From: a virus
Virus record (IMG/VR): IMGVR_UViG_3300045988_071280
Length of the DNA: 64,000 nucleotides
Reading direction: 5' to 3' (one strand)
Shown here: positions 56,117-64,000 of the stretch, piece by piece
How the letters are laid out: each line of letters starts with the position of its first letter
Numbering within the stretch: position 1 is the stretch's first letter
Notes under the pieces: generated by a model
Databases searched by the model: none
Told to the model about the DNA's origin: nothing
The model's input: only the letters and a program-made list of their open reading frames with translations
Position numbers and translations under genes: made by a program

Positions 56117-57322
56117 ATCCTGTAAATCTGCTGTAGCTAATACTAAACTAAACGGGATATTTTGTCTCGTTGTCATAAATAACCCATTAACAGATAATGT
56201 ACATTCCTTAGGATTATCCATAGATCTAACTACATTTAAATCTACATCCCTAACAATATAAATATCACTAGCAATTTTAACTACAGAGTATCTATGCATT
56301 ACACCATCTTTTCCTGTCTCTATATATTCTACCTCATATACAGTAATTAATCTATTATTATATCCATACATTCCAGTATTCCCATCCCAAACAGGAGTTA
56401 CCTCTAGTCCCCCTAATATTCCGGTAGCAAATTCCGAATCCTCTGTAGTAGCAGCATTTATTGGTCCGGTAGATCTTATTATATACTTCTGATTATCAGT
56501 ATAATATGCCTTCTCTAATTCATCTCTTAACTTAGTTTTATCAGCTTCTGTTAATTCTGAATTATATTTAGATAGGATCTGATCTACTGTCATGTAATAT
56601 CTACAAACAGCTCTAGGAGATTTATTTAAATAATAACTATTAGGATTTTTCTCCACAAAAGTATTAATAGGATTTAATCCTTCTATATCCACATTATTCC
56701 CACTTCTAGAAGGTTGTGTTTTAAAATAAAGTGTTCCGGAGATTAATAAATCCGTCATTAATAATCTAGCTTTTATATCTAAATCAATACTTTTAGATTG
56801 AGATAAATATGTTATAATATTCTGTGCTGCTATTTCATATTCAGAAATAAAATTTTTATCTATATCTTCTTTTAATAACTGTAGAGACTTTTCAGTTAGA
56901 GGATCTTTTGTTATAGGAGTATTCTGATCTCCGAATTTAGAGAGAATAGTATTATATAAATTACTCATATATAATTCCCTAACTCCATCTAATACTTTAA
57001 GCTGTCTCTCTCTATTTATTAAAGATAATGTCTTTTGATCTTTACATGTAATTTGCATATTTAATGGAGCATCTAGAAACTTCCCAACTAAATAATCTAT
57101 GTGCTTTTTTATAAGTGGTATAAATTGTATTTGTGTCGGAGTTCCTATTCCATAATTTTCTTCGAAATGCTTATATTGATCTAAATCCATCTTCCCGTGA
57201 TAGTAGTTATAAGCTTTTCTTATTGCTACTTTATCATATACGAGATCAGAAATAGCTTGGTTGGCCTTCTGAATTTGATAGTCTTTTGATCCTCGTTTGT
57301 ACTCGACGCTCATCCAAATCAA
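56117..57322 (-). CDS. portal protein (putative), exon 1 of 2
   Basis: 402 codons ending ...LATADLQD, exactly at the predicted U.G splice site. The gene is adjacent to terL. The spliced product would be 745 aa. An alternative start is Met at 57313. Confidence 0.65.
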
Positions 57323-57587
57323 TTTTTTGTCCTACGAAGTATCTAGTTAGATTTAAACCTCGAAGGTGTAGTTCTTTCTTTATTTTTTCTAAAAACTTCT
57401 CTTTACTATCACATTGGATATATATACATAAAGGAGTTAAGTAATCTTCTGTTATATACATTTTAAGTATATAACCGTCCTCTGTTTTAATTATATCCAT
57501 TGGTTTATTATATATCGCTCCATATAATTCTAATATGTATTCTTTAATCATACATATTAAATATTCTTTTTCAGTCGTATTAATCAT
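57246..57587 (-). CDS. hypothetical protein, 113 aa
   Basis: ORF whose ATG overlaps the terL stop by 8 nt. Its 3' end overlaps the portal ORF start by 77 nt. Confidence 0.45.
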   Translation of the reverse strand: MINTTEKEYLICMIKEYILELYGAIYNKPMDIIKTEDGYILKMYITEDYLTPLCIYIQCDSKEKFLEKIKKELHLRGLNLTRYFVGQKIDLDERRVQTRIKRLSNSEGQPSYF

Positions 57588-57772
57588 ATACTGAATCTGT
57601 TCTAGATATTAATACTTTTAAATCCTCTGGAATTCCATCATCTGTAGGTATTTTTCCGAAATGTTTTACTCCATTAGAATCATAATAATATCCTATTTTA
57701 CTTATTTTAATTTTTTTCTTTTTCTCACCAATTCCTCCTAGTAATCTTAGTTCTTGATCGCCCATTTCGCAC
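57580..57772 (-). CDS. terL: terminase large subunit, exon 4 of 4
   Basis: Corresponds to track ORF 57580-57765. The exon is G + 64 codons: (M)CEMGDQELRLLGG...TDSVYD*. The leading G completes the AT left open by exon 3. Confidence 0.65.
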
Positions 57773-58041
57773 CATATTTGTTATCTATAAGGCTTTTTAT
57801 CCTTATATTCTTATAATTTCTTATAAGTTCAGCATATATTTTCATCTTATATTTAAATAAGATGTTCCGCACTCGTGGAAGGATTATTACTCTCATTAAC
57901 GTTCACCTTCTATGCGTTACAATGGCTAACGATGTTTTAGCTTATCTCGGTATTAGCATGGTATTTAAACTTTAACTTTCACCGATTTTGCGGAATTATT
58001 TTATTACCTTAAATTTCTTTAAGGAGGGACATGTAAGGTTT
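57773..58041 (-). mobile_element. group I intron (terL family), ORF-less, 269 nt
   Basis: P1 pairs exon GGGGAU with GUCCCU and carries a U.G. P2 is CCTTAAA-GAAA-TTTAAGG. P3 is TTCCGCA/TGCGGAA. The 3' end is GATAACAAATATG followed by the exon. It is homologous to the other two terL introns. Confidence 0.7.
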
Positions 58042-59060
58042 ATCCCCATCGCAGCGATAATATCAAACTTCCTCTTATTCTCATAAGAATAATCTTTTAA
58101 TTCATTTAACATCTCCACAGAATCAATTTTATCCCAAAATTCATTAACATAATCCTGAATAAGTTCAAGATAATACTCAATAACTCTTTTTGAGGGATAA
58201 ATACCATACATACTAGAATTTAAAGATTTCTTCTTAGATACATCTGTACTATTCGGAGATTGTAATTTTTTCATTAATAAATATTGTTTTCCTTTATCCT
58301 GAAAATAACTTACAATAGCTGTTCTGGAACTTTCTAATACTGCTTTTGCTCCATACCATTCTAATAATAGAATTGTCTGATTATAAGCCGTTCTAATATT
58401 CTCGGGTCTATCTTTATATATAGCTACATATTTATTCCCATCAAGTCCATAATTTCTCTTCTTTATAACTAAACAGAAATCAGATGTATCCTTCTGTCCA
58501 GTAGATTGATCAATACCTTGGTCAATAGAGTCAATTCCAGCAACATAAAGATTAGGTATTAAATCTCCATTCTCATCTCTTATAGGCTCTTCAAATATTT
58601 TAACTTTACCATTAGGAGAAGAGATGAATTTAATATTATCTCTACCTCCATCTGTAGCTAAAGCAAGTATACCAATTTTTGGTTTTATTCCGTAGCCATG
58701 AACTTCTATATCTGTTAATCTTTGTGCAATTAAATTCTGATTGAACATATTATCTCCTTTCCTAGATAAAGCTTCTTGGAAAGTCCAACAATACTCTGCA
58801 CAATGTACCATATAAGCAAAGGGATCATTAGAGTATCTTTGACGTTCAATCATTAAAAATTCTTCTGCTTTCTTACGTATTGTAACTCCTCGATTATCTA
58901 TTATCCCAGGTTGCATTACTATAGCGGTAGACGGGATAAAGTATGCTGTATAGACTGTACGATTATCTGAGGAGTGATTATGTTTATATGGTAAGATTCC
59001 GAAGGAAATTGGATCAAGAAACATTCGTTCTAGTCCTTCTAAGGATGGACCGCTATCTCC
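58042..59060 (-). CDS. terL: terminase large subunit, exon 3 of 4 (nuclease domain)
   Basis: Corresponds to track ORF 57996-59063, which needs a GTG pseudo-start. It contains RNase H-like nuclease motifs YVAGIDSIDQG, TSDFCLVI and FDIIAAMG. The exon is 1019 nt and ends in phase 2. The ORF tail INLTCPSLKKFKVIK* is intron read-through. Confidence 0.8.
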
Positions 59061-60194
59061 CACTTTGTTATCTCTAGAGCTTTTTATCTCTAGATTCTTA
59101 CACTTCTTAATTTATGTAAGGTCAGCATATATTTTCATCTGTTCTAGATGTCGAACACTCGTGGTAGGATTATATTTATTCACCTACTATGCGTTACAGT
59201 ATCAATTAACCTTTCGTAATTTAATTGATTACCTCGGGATTAGCATCACAGCTTTCCCCGATTTTGCTCGATTTTCTCAATGAAGATTCCTCTTCAAGCC
59301 GGCAAAATTCTTCGTAAATTTTATATTTTCTTTCTAAGTAAATAGTAGAATCTTTATATAACATTCTAGCTACTTTTCTAGCTTTATAATTACTATAACT
59401 AATTTTATATGCTTTATTATTTTGTTTAGGACAAACTTTAGTATATTCTCCTAAAAACTCTACTATACGTTGTAAGAAATCTTTAGTTCCAACAAATCCT
59501 AAATTTTCCCTAACTTTATTAGTATTATTTACAGGGTAAATTCCAAGAGTCCCATCTCCATCAAGATAACCTCTAATAAAATCATATATAAGAGATTTAG
59601 TTTTAAAAATAGAAGTATCTGGAAAAACTAAAGTAAGAGATTTTCTAGGAGTACATCCTTTAGAATTTAATGCTTCCCATATATGTTTGTTTCTAACAGA
59701 AAATCTACATACATCATCCTTTCCTTTACCATATTGAGGAGATATTCTTATTTTGTCCTCTGTGTATTCTAAAAACTCTTGAAATTTTTTTAAGTGTTTC
59801 CAGTCTTTGGCAGCTAAATTAATTTCTAATTTATATTCTTTAGATCCTATATTTCCATCTGCATATAAAAATCCTAGCCAGTATGCCTTTTCCTCAGTAT
59901 CTATAGTATCAAATACTGTTTCATTAATTCTACATCTATTTTGAGCATTTATGACTTCTATACCTCTCTTTTTTAAATGTCTAGAAATTAATCTTCTATC
60001 AAGACCGTATTTTTCACCTAATTTTGTTAAGCTTCTAGAATTTTCTGGAGTTTCCAAATATTCATTTATAGCATTTTCTAGTAGTAATTGTTTTTGTTCA
60101 CTTAGCATATATATTACATTTTATAATTAAACATTATTTATTACAAATGTAATATAAAATATTAATATTTACAAGTGGAGAAAAATATATCTTT
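59061..60194 (-). mobile_element. group I intron (terL family) carrying a LAGLIDADG homing endonuclease gene, 1134 nt
   Basis: P1 pairs exon CCGGU with GCCGG, which lies downstream of most of the ORF. P2 is TGAAGA-GGAA-TCTTCA. P3 is TCGAGC/GTTCGA. P4 is TCGGG/CCCGA. The omega-G is at 59061. Confidence 0.75.
59221..60108 (-). CDS. double-motif LAGLIDADG homing endonuclease with N-terminal HTH, 295 aa
   Basis: Motif 1 is YWLGFLYADGNIG and motif 2 is FIRGYLDGDGTLG. The N-terminus has an HTH-like segment LTKLGEKYGLDRRLISRHLKKRG. The ORF is not in frame with the terL exons. Confidence 0.9.
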   Translation of the reverse strand: MLSEQKQLLLENAINEYLETPENSRSLTKLGEKYGLDRRLISRHLKKRGIEVINAQNRCRINETVFDTIDTEEKAYWLGFLYADGNIGSKEYKLEINLAAKDWKHLKKFQEFLEYTEDKIRISPQYGKGKDDVCRFSVRNKHIWEALNSKGCTPRKSLTLVFPDTSIFKTKSLIYDFIRGYLDGDGTLGIYPVNNTNKVRENLGFVGTKDFLQRIVEFLGEYTKVCPKQNNKAYKISYSNYKARKVARMLYKDSTIYLERKYKIYEEFCRLEEESSLRKSSKIGESCDANPEVIN

Positions 60195-60621
60195 ACCGGT
60201 ACCATAAGCAATCTTAAACCCAACTCTTTGTCCAATTACCTTAATAAGAGCATCTCCTTGAATCCATTTTTTAATCAATTCGGGGTCAGAACCTGCTTCC
60301 TCATATATCAACAATTCACATCGATCACCTCTGACTTTAGAAGGTTTATCTGCTACGATACCTGTTATCATAGATTTAAATCCAGATTCATTACCTTCTC
60401 TATCTTTCTTTGATGCTCTTTTTTGGACCATAGTATTTATCGCTTGGCGTAAATGCTTAAATCCATTCTCTGTTTCTGTATTTAAATAATCCAATTGTAC
60501 CCAGCATTTCTCTAATGTCTTAGCTAAGAAATCACTAGTTGCTGCGGTATATATAGATTGAGACTCTGGTTCACATGTATACATTGCAACTCCATTATTT
60601 GCTCCCATTTCACTGAAACCG
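60195..60621 (-). CDS. terL: terminase large subunit, exon 2 of 4 (ATPase core)
   Basis: Corresponds to track ORF 60162-60608, and the frame stays open upstream (GFSEMGANNG...). The Walker B/coupling segment is CELLIYEEAG. The exon is 1 + 142 codons and ends ...KIAYGTG. Confidence 0.8.
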
Positions 60622-60915
60622 CTTCTGTTATCATAAAGACTTTTTATTCTTTATTTCCTGGAGTTTCCTCCTTACTATATTTAGATTTAATCATCTAAAG
60701 GATCGGCGCACGTTTTTATCTCATATTTAAATATAAGATATTCCGAACTCGTGGGAAGATTATTACTCTCTTAACGTTCACTTCCTGCGCTCTACGATAA
60801 TTAATTGATATTTAATCATCTCGGCATTAACATAGTTTATATTTAAACCTTAGTCTTTACCGATATTTCGGAATTTATTACCCCTAAATTACTTTAAGGG
60901 AGGCCCGGTATTTTA
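60622..60915 (-). mobile_element. group I intron (terL family), ORF-less, 294 nt
   Basis: P1 pairs exon GGGCU with GGCCU. There are two adjacent U.G pairs, so the boundary is uncertain by 1 nt. P2 is CCCTTAAA-GTAA-TTTAGGGG. P3 is TTCCGAA/TTCGGAA. The 3' end is GATAACAGAAG followed by the exon. Confidence 0.7.
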
Positions 60916-61724
60916 AGCCCACGTCCCTTTAAAACAAGAGCATCTTTATTTGTTTTCCTACATAATTCCAGATAATGAAAATATTCATATTGTTTTGCTA
61001 GAAACATTGGAAAAGATGTAGCACGTTTACCTTTTTTTGTTCCTCCTGTATTTAATATAATCGGAGTTTGCATTCGATAGAAATTTAAATAAAAATAATT
61101 CCATCCAGTTATAGTATAACCATGTGAACTATATCCCTCAGTACATCTTCTAAATCTCTCATCCCAGAAATTATTATATGCAGGACCTTTATAAGCATAC
61201 ATCTCATACTTCCCTGTAGCTTCTTTAGTCATCGCATCTTCTCTGAACCAATCAGGATTAAAATCTAATCCTTGTGTTTCTGTTATAGGTCTATACCCAG
61301 TAAGTTCATACGAAAGTTCGGGATCAAAGAAATCTACTGGATCTCCTATTTTAACATCCCAATCAGTAAATACTTCTGATTGTTCTAGAGCTTTAGTCTT
61401 TAATTTACTATATAAATAATCATCTATTTCAACTTCATCTCTAGCAATTTTATAATTAGATAAATCTTTAGATATATAAGAATTATCATATAATTTCTGC
61501 TCTTCCGATTCATCTTCTTTTAACTTTTCTGGAGTATCGTAGATACTAAGATCTTTTACTATTGTTTCAGTATCTAAAGAATTTAAAAGTTCCTTTGTAG
61601 TAGGTTTCTTTTTTACAACTCTTTTAGGTTTTTCTGGTTCGGAATCTACTTTTTTAGGAACATCTTTCTTTGCCTTTACTTTAGATACATTACCTTTTGC
61701 TCCATATGTAATTTTCCTAGCCAT
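60916..61724 (-). CDS. terL: terminase large subunit, exon 1 of 4
   Basis: Corresponds to track ORF 60894-61724. It ends ...ALVLKGRG-L. Joined to exon 2 it gives a Walker A-like KGRGLGFSE. The ORF tail KIPGLP* is intron read-through. Confidence 0.75.
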
Positions 61725-61726
61725 AT

Positions 61727-62308
61727 TTAATCTCTATATCCAGGTTCATAATCCCCTTTTATTTTAGATTGTTTTTCAATATCTTTTTTATATCTCTCCT
61801 CAGCAGCTCTAACCTCATCTAAAAGAGGACCTATCCCTTTAGCTTCTGCGATTACATCTTTAGCTTTATATCTTAGTTGTCCTGTCTCATCATTTACATC
61901 ACTTAAATCTACTAAATCATTAAAGTATATCGTTAATTTATCTATCACAGTATATACAGATTTAAGTAATTTATATGTTCTAAAAGAATCTCTTAACTCT
62001 TCATATTTCCTACAAGCTGTTCTAAATAAAGGATCGGAAAATTCCTCATCTGTTATAGATGCTTGTCTTCTCGCTTCTTTATTTCTATTCTGTTCAGAGA
62101 AATCGCATATAGGAGATTGCCAATCTAACATTAAATAAATATATTTAAATTCCCTAAATGCTCGTAATTTAAATCTTCCAGCAGGATCTTCTGGACATTT
62201 ATTTCTCTCAGACTCCATTAAATCATTAAATTCTTTAAGTAATAGAATCTCTTCCTTATTTAATTCTAAGGATCCGGTTTGATTATTATAATTAAAAAAT
62301 TTTACCAT
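61727..62308 (-). CDS. hypothetical protein upstream of terL (possible small terminase subunit), 193 aa
   Basis: ORF ending 2 nt before the terL ATG. It looks helical and charged. Function is inferred from position only. Confidence 0.35.
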   Translation of the reverse strand: MVKFFNYNNQTGSLELNKEEILLLKEFNDLMESERNKCPEDPAGRFKLRAFREFKYIYLMLDWQSPICDFSEQNRNKEARRQASITDEEFSDPLFRTACRKYEELRDSFRTYKLLKSVYTVIDKLTIYFNDLVDLSDVNDETGQLRYKAKDVIAEAKGIGPLLDEVRAAEERYKKDIEKQSKIKGDYEPGYRD

Positions 62309-62332
62309 AGTACATATCCATATTTAACAAGA

Positions 62333-62371
62333 AAGAGTGACATAAATAAGGAGATTATTTATATCACTCTT
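62333..62371 (-). terminator. 16-bp stem-loop between genes (terminator or regulatory)
   Basis: AAGAGTGACATAAATA-AGGAGAT-TATTTATATCACTCTT, with one G.U position. It lies between the stop at 62376 and the start at 62308. Confidence 0.45.
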
Positions 62372-62375
62372 CATA

Positions 62376-62603
62376 TCATACCTTTTCTAAATCTTTAGTC
62401 GAGAATACTCCTTCGCACATATCTCGATTAGAATTAAACCATACACACCTCATTCCAAGGAATGAAATTTCATTTTCTGATGAATCTACAACTTTTTCCA
62501 CTATAAGCATTTTAGGCTTAAATGGCATATCATGTTTTAATTGAACCAAATCTCCTGGTTTCAGAAATACTTTAGGTTCTTGGTATTTAAGATAATTCTT
62601 CAT
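62376..62603 (-). CDS. hypothetical small protein, 75 aa
   Basis: ORF that overlaps the upstream gene by 17 nt. Confidence 0.4.
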   Translation of the reverse strand: MKNYLKYQEPKVFLKPGDLVQLKHDMPFKPKMLIVEKVVDSSENEISFLGMRCVWFNSNRDMCEGVFSTKDLEKV

Positions 62604-63126
62604 TGTTATTAATTTTCTTAGAACTACAAGCTAATACATTTTGTTCTTGAATAATCCATAAAACAGTATCTCCAGTTCCGTCAGTATCAATTGGGAGATC
62701 TCTTTCACTATTAGCTATATACATTATATCCATTCCTGGGGCAACTGTTTTACAATCTGGACCTACATCTATTACACTACCTACAGAAATAAAGCGTTCG
62801 TTCCAAATATCTATATCTTCTCCCGAACGAGGATCATGTTTAACGTCCCGCTTTAATATAATTCCTCCCTTAGATTTAGGATTTTCATAAGGACTAGCGG
62901 GGTATTTAGAGAAGATTAAATAAGTTCCCATTGGTTTAATTTCCCAATTATTTACTTTATCCTCAAAAAACTCTACTTGTTTCTGGAGTTCTTCGTCAGA
63001 GACATTTTTTATTTTCTCATCGATTCCTATCGATTTAAGAGCTTTGTCAGTATTTAATTCTGACCTAACATTCTCCGGAACATATAATCCGGAATAATCA
63101 TTTTTCATTACTTTTCCCATATACAT
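62587..63126 (-). CDS. GroES/gp31-like co-chaperonin-fold protein with N-terminal extension, 179 aa
   Basis: The C-terminal ~110 aa align by eye to Cpn10: IKPMGTYLIF / KSKGGIIL / ISVGSVIDVGPDC / VAPGMDIMYI / TVLWIIQEQNVLA against IRPLHDRVIV / KSAGGIVL / GEVLAVGNG / VKVGDIVIF / EVLIMSESDILA. Confidence 0.5.
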   Translation of the reverse strand: MYMGKVMKNDYSGLYVPENVRSELNTDKALKSIGIDEKIKNVSDEELQKQVEFFEDKVNNWEIKPMGTYLIFSKYPASPYENPKSKGGIILKRDVKHDPRSGEDIDIWNERFISVGSVIDVGPDCKTVAPGMDIMYIANSERDLPIDTDGTGDTVLWIIQEQNVLACSSKKINNNEELS

Positions 63127-63146
63127 TTAAATTTAACATAAAACAT

Positions 63147-63413
63147 TTACCATTTGTTTAACACACAATGATTATTTTTATTTCTTGTCTTTGCCATTAG
63201 TCTGCATCCACATCCTTTAACCCATCCAACCATTTCTACATCAGATACCTGACCAGTACGAGGATTTATCCATAATTTAGGATCACAATAGCCTCCATAT
63301 TTTTCTGAATATAAAGGACATTCTTTACATATCTCTAATCTTTTTAAATATAGTTTTTCATTTATATTTAAAAATTCTTTTGCGTGTCCTGATAATATAT
63401 CTTTAATACTCAT
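63147..63413 (-). CDS. Cys-rich (putative zinc-binding) small protein, 88 aa
   Basis: ORF with the pattern CKEC...C...CGC...C. No family recognised. Confidence 0.4.
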   Translation of the reverse strand: MSIKDILSGHAKEFLNINEKLYLKRLEICKECPLYSEKYGGYCDPKLWINPRTGQVSDVEMVGWVKGCGCRLMAKTRNKNNHCVLNKW

Positions 63414-63418
63414 GATAT

Positions 63419-64000
63419 TTAAAATATTATAGGTTTATTTTCTTCTTCATATTTCCGGAGAATTAACTGCTTTTTATAATATTTAAGCATCTTCTCTATA
63501 TCAGATTTTAAATATTCTAGAACATACTCATTAACTTCACCATCATGAGTAAAGTGAACAATTCTTAGTTCATCAATAATTAAATCCGGATTTTGTTTTT
63601 GAAGCATCCATGCGTAAAGAGATAATTGAAGAGTATAATGTAAGAAGTTACAATCCATTATATTATTTAAAGGATATTTCATCATTTGATACTTCTTCTT
63701 TTTAGGATCAAAATAAGACTTTTGTTTTAATTTCTTATTAGTTTTATGATCTAATATACGAATATGATTTCCATTTTTAACAACTAAATCGGACTGCCCA
63801 GCAATACATAAAATCCCATCTGGATCTGTATAAGAAATTAACATCTCTGGTATAATTCCAGTATTTATATCTAATCTATGATGATTTTTATATACCGGAA
63901 GATTTCCGCCCAAATTAAATCTCTTAATTGTCCTCTCTGAGTCATTGTAAAATCCACTTTCCTGTTCTGCATGTACTTTTGTACCATACTCACAAGCTAT
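63419..64000 (-). CDS. PD-(D/E)XK (RecB/Cas4-like) nuclease, C-terminal part (5' end beyond right edge)
   Basis: The frame stays open from 63913 up to the window edge (IACEYGTKVHAEQESGFY...), so the track start is a TTG pseudo-start. Motifs seen: GTKVHAEQE, ILDHKTNKK and LQLSLYAWML (D-x-K and QxxxY). Confidence 0.6.
   Translation of the reverse strand: MACEYGTKVHAEQESGFYNDSERTIKRFNLGGNLPVYKNHHRLDINTGIIPEMLISYTDPDGILCIAGQSDLVVKNGNHIRILDHKTNKKLKQKSYFDPKKKKYQMMKYPLNNIMDCNFLHYTLQLSLYAWMLQKQNPDLIIDELRIVHFTHDGEVNEYVLEYLKSDIEKMLKYYKKQLILRKYEEENKPIIF

Noticed and set aside
57246-57322. The 77-nt overlap between the 113-aa ORF and the portal ORF could be a programmed frameshift site.
   Set aside because: There is no slippery heptamer or downstream structure, and the portal has plausible Met starts at 57322 and 57313. 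The overlap is noted but there is no evidence of recoding.
57580-57765. A stand-alone 61-aa gene (MGDQELRLLGG...).
   Set aside because: Its ATG overlaps the predicted 3' end region of the third terL intron. The frame is open upstream to the omega-G at 57773 and joins exon 3 in phase, so it is better explained as terL exon 4.
59221-60108. The LAGLIDADG ORF could be an intein inside terL.
   Set aside because: It is not in frame with the flanking terL exons. It has its own ATG, preceded by ~85 nt of stop-rich sequence. It is embedded in an RNA with group I features, and there are no intein splicing blocks at its ends.
57580-61724. The terL, portal and capsid fragments could be pseudogenes, decayed genes or assembly artefacts.
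   Set aside because: The spacers contain conserved group I core elements with complementary pairs and covariation. Every proposed junction is phase-consistent. Fragment ends coincide with U.G/IGS helices. Decay would not produce this pattern.
1-64000. A search by eye for tRNA genes, CRISPR arrays, integrase or attachment sites, and reverse transcriptase or DGR repeats.
   Set aside because: Intergenic space is small and is accounted for by terminators, promoter-like motifs and introns. No cloverleaf-like GC-rich ~75-nt segments, no regularly spaced direct repeats, and no RT (YxDD) or integrase ORFs were seen. A tRNAscan or cmscan run would be needed for certainty.

Overview
AT-rich phage DNA in which every credible gene is on the minus strand. 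It looks like the packaging and virion-morphogenesis arm of a large crAss-like (Crassvirales-type) podophage. The host is probably a Bacteroidota member, because three intergenic TAnnTTTG -7-like motifs are present; this taxonomic placement is inference from gene order, gene sizes and motifs, since no search could be run. Reading right to left, the window holds: a PD-(D/E)XK nuclease (partial), a Cys-rich protein, a GroES-like protein, terL, portal, an LRR protein, a 2144-aa tail fibre, a DnaA-domain-IV-like HTH protein, a Cys-rich membrane protein, a second fibre, a cassette of receptor-binding-like paralogs, holin-like genes, a scaffold-like gene, the putative major capsid gene, connector and tail genes, two very large tail proteins (1240 and 1628 aa), a block of ejected-protein-like genes including a GH108 lysozyme and a DUF192 protein, and a giant ORF of more than 1855 aa that runs off the left edge. 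Four observations stand out. (1) terL, portal and the capsid gene are mosaic. I can place eight group I introns from two sequence families, about 6.0 kb in total. Four of them carry homing-endonuclease ORFs (two GIY-YIG, one LAGLIDADG, one T5orf172-like). With the splice sites I propose, every junction phase matches, giving products of 815, 745 and 469 aa. (2) Two identical G9 homopolymer tracts sit in the receptor-binding cassette. One puts a fibre-paralog gene out of frame by exactly one nucleotide. (3) Six adjacent genes share an N-terminal M-[AS]-[KE]-[ED]-F-[IL]-T peptide, consistent with a multi-adhesin system. (4) Five consecutive virion proteins begin with short leaders ending in [KQ]-[FYL]-x-x-G-G. 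No tRNA, rRNA, CRISPR array, integrase or reverse transcriptase was seen. All plus-strand ORFs in the track look like antisense shadows.
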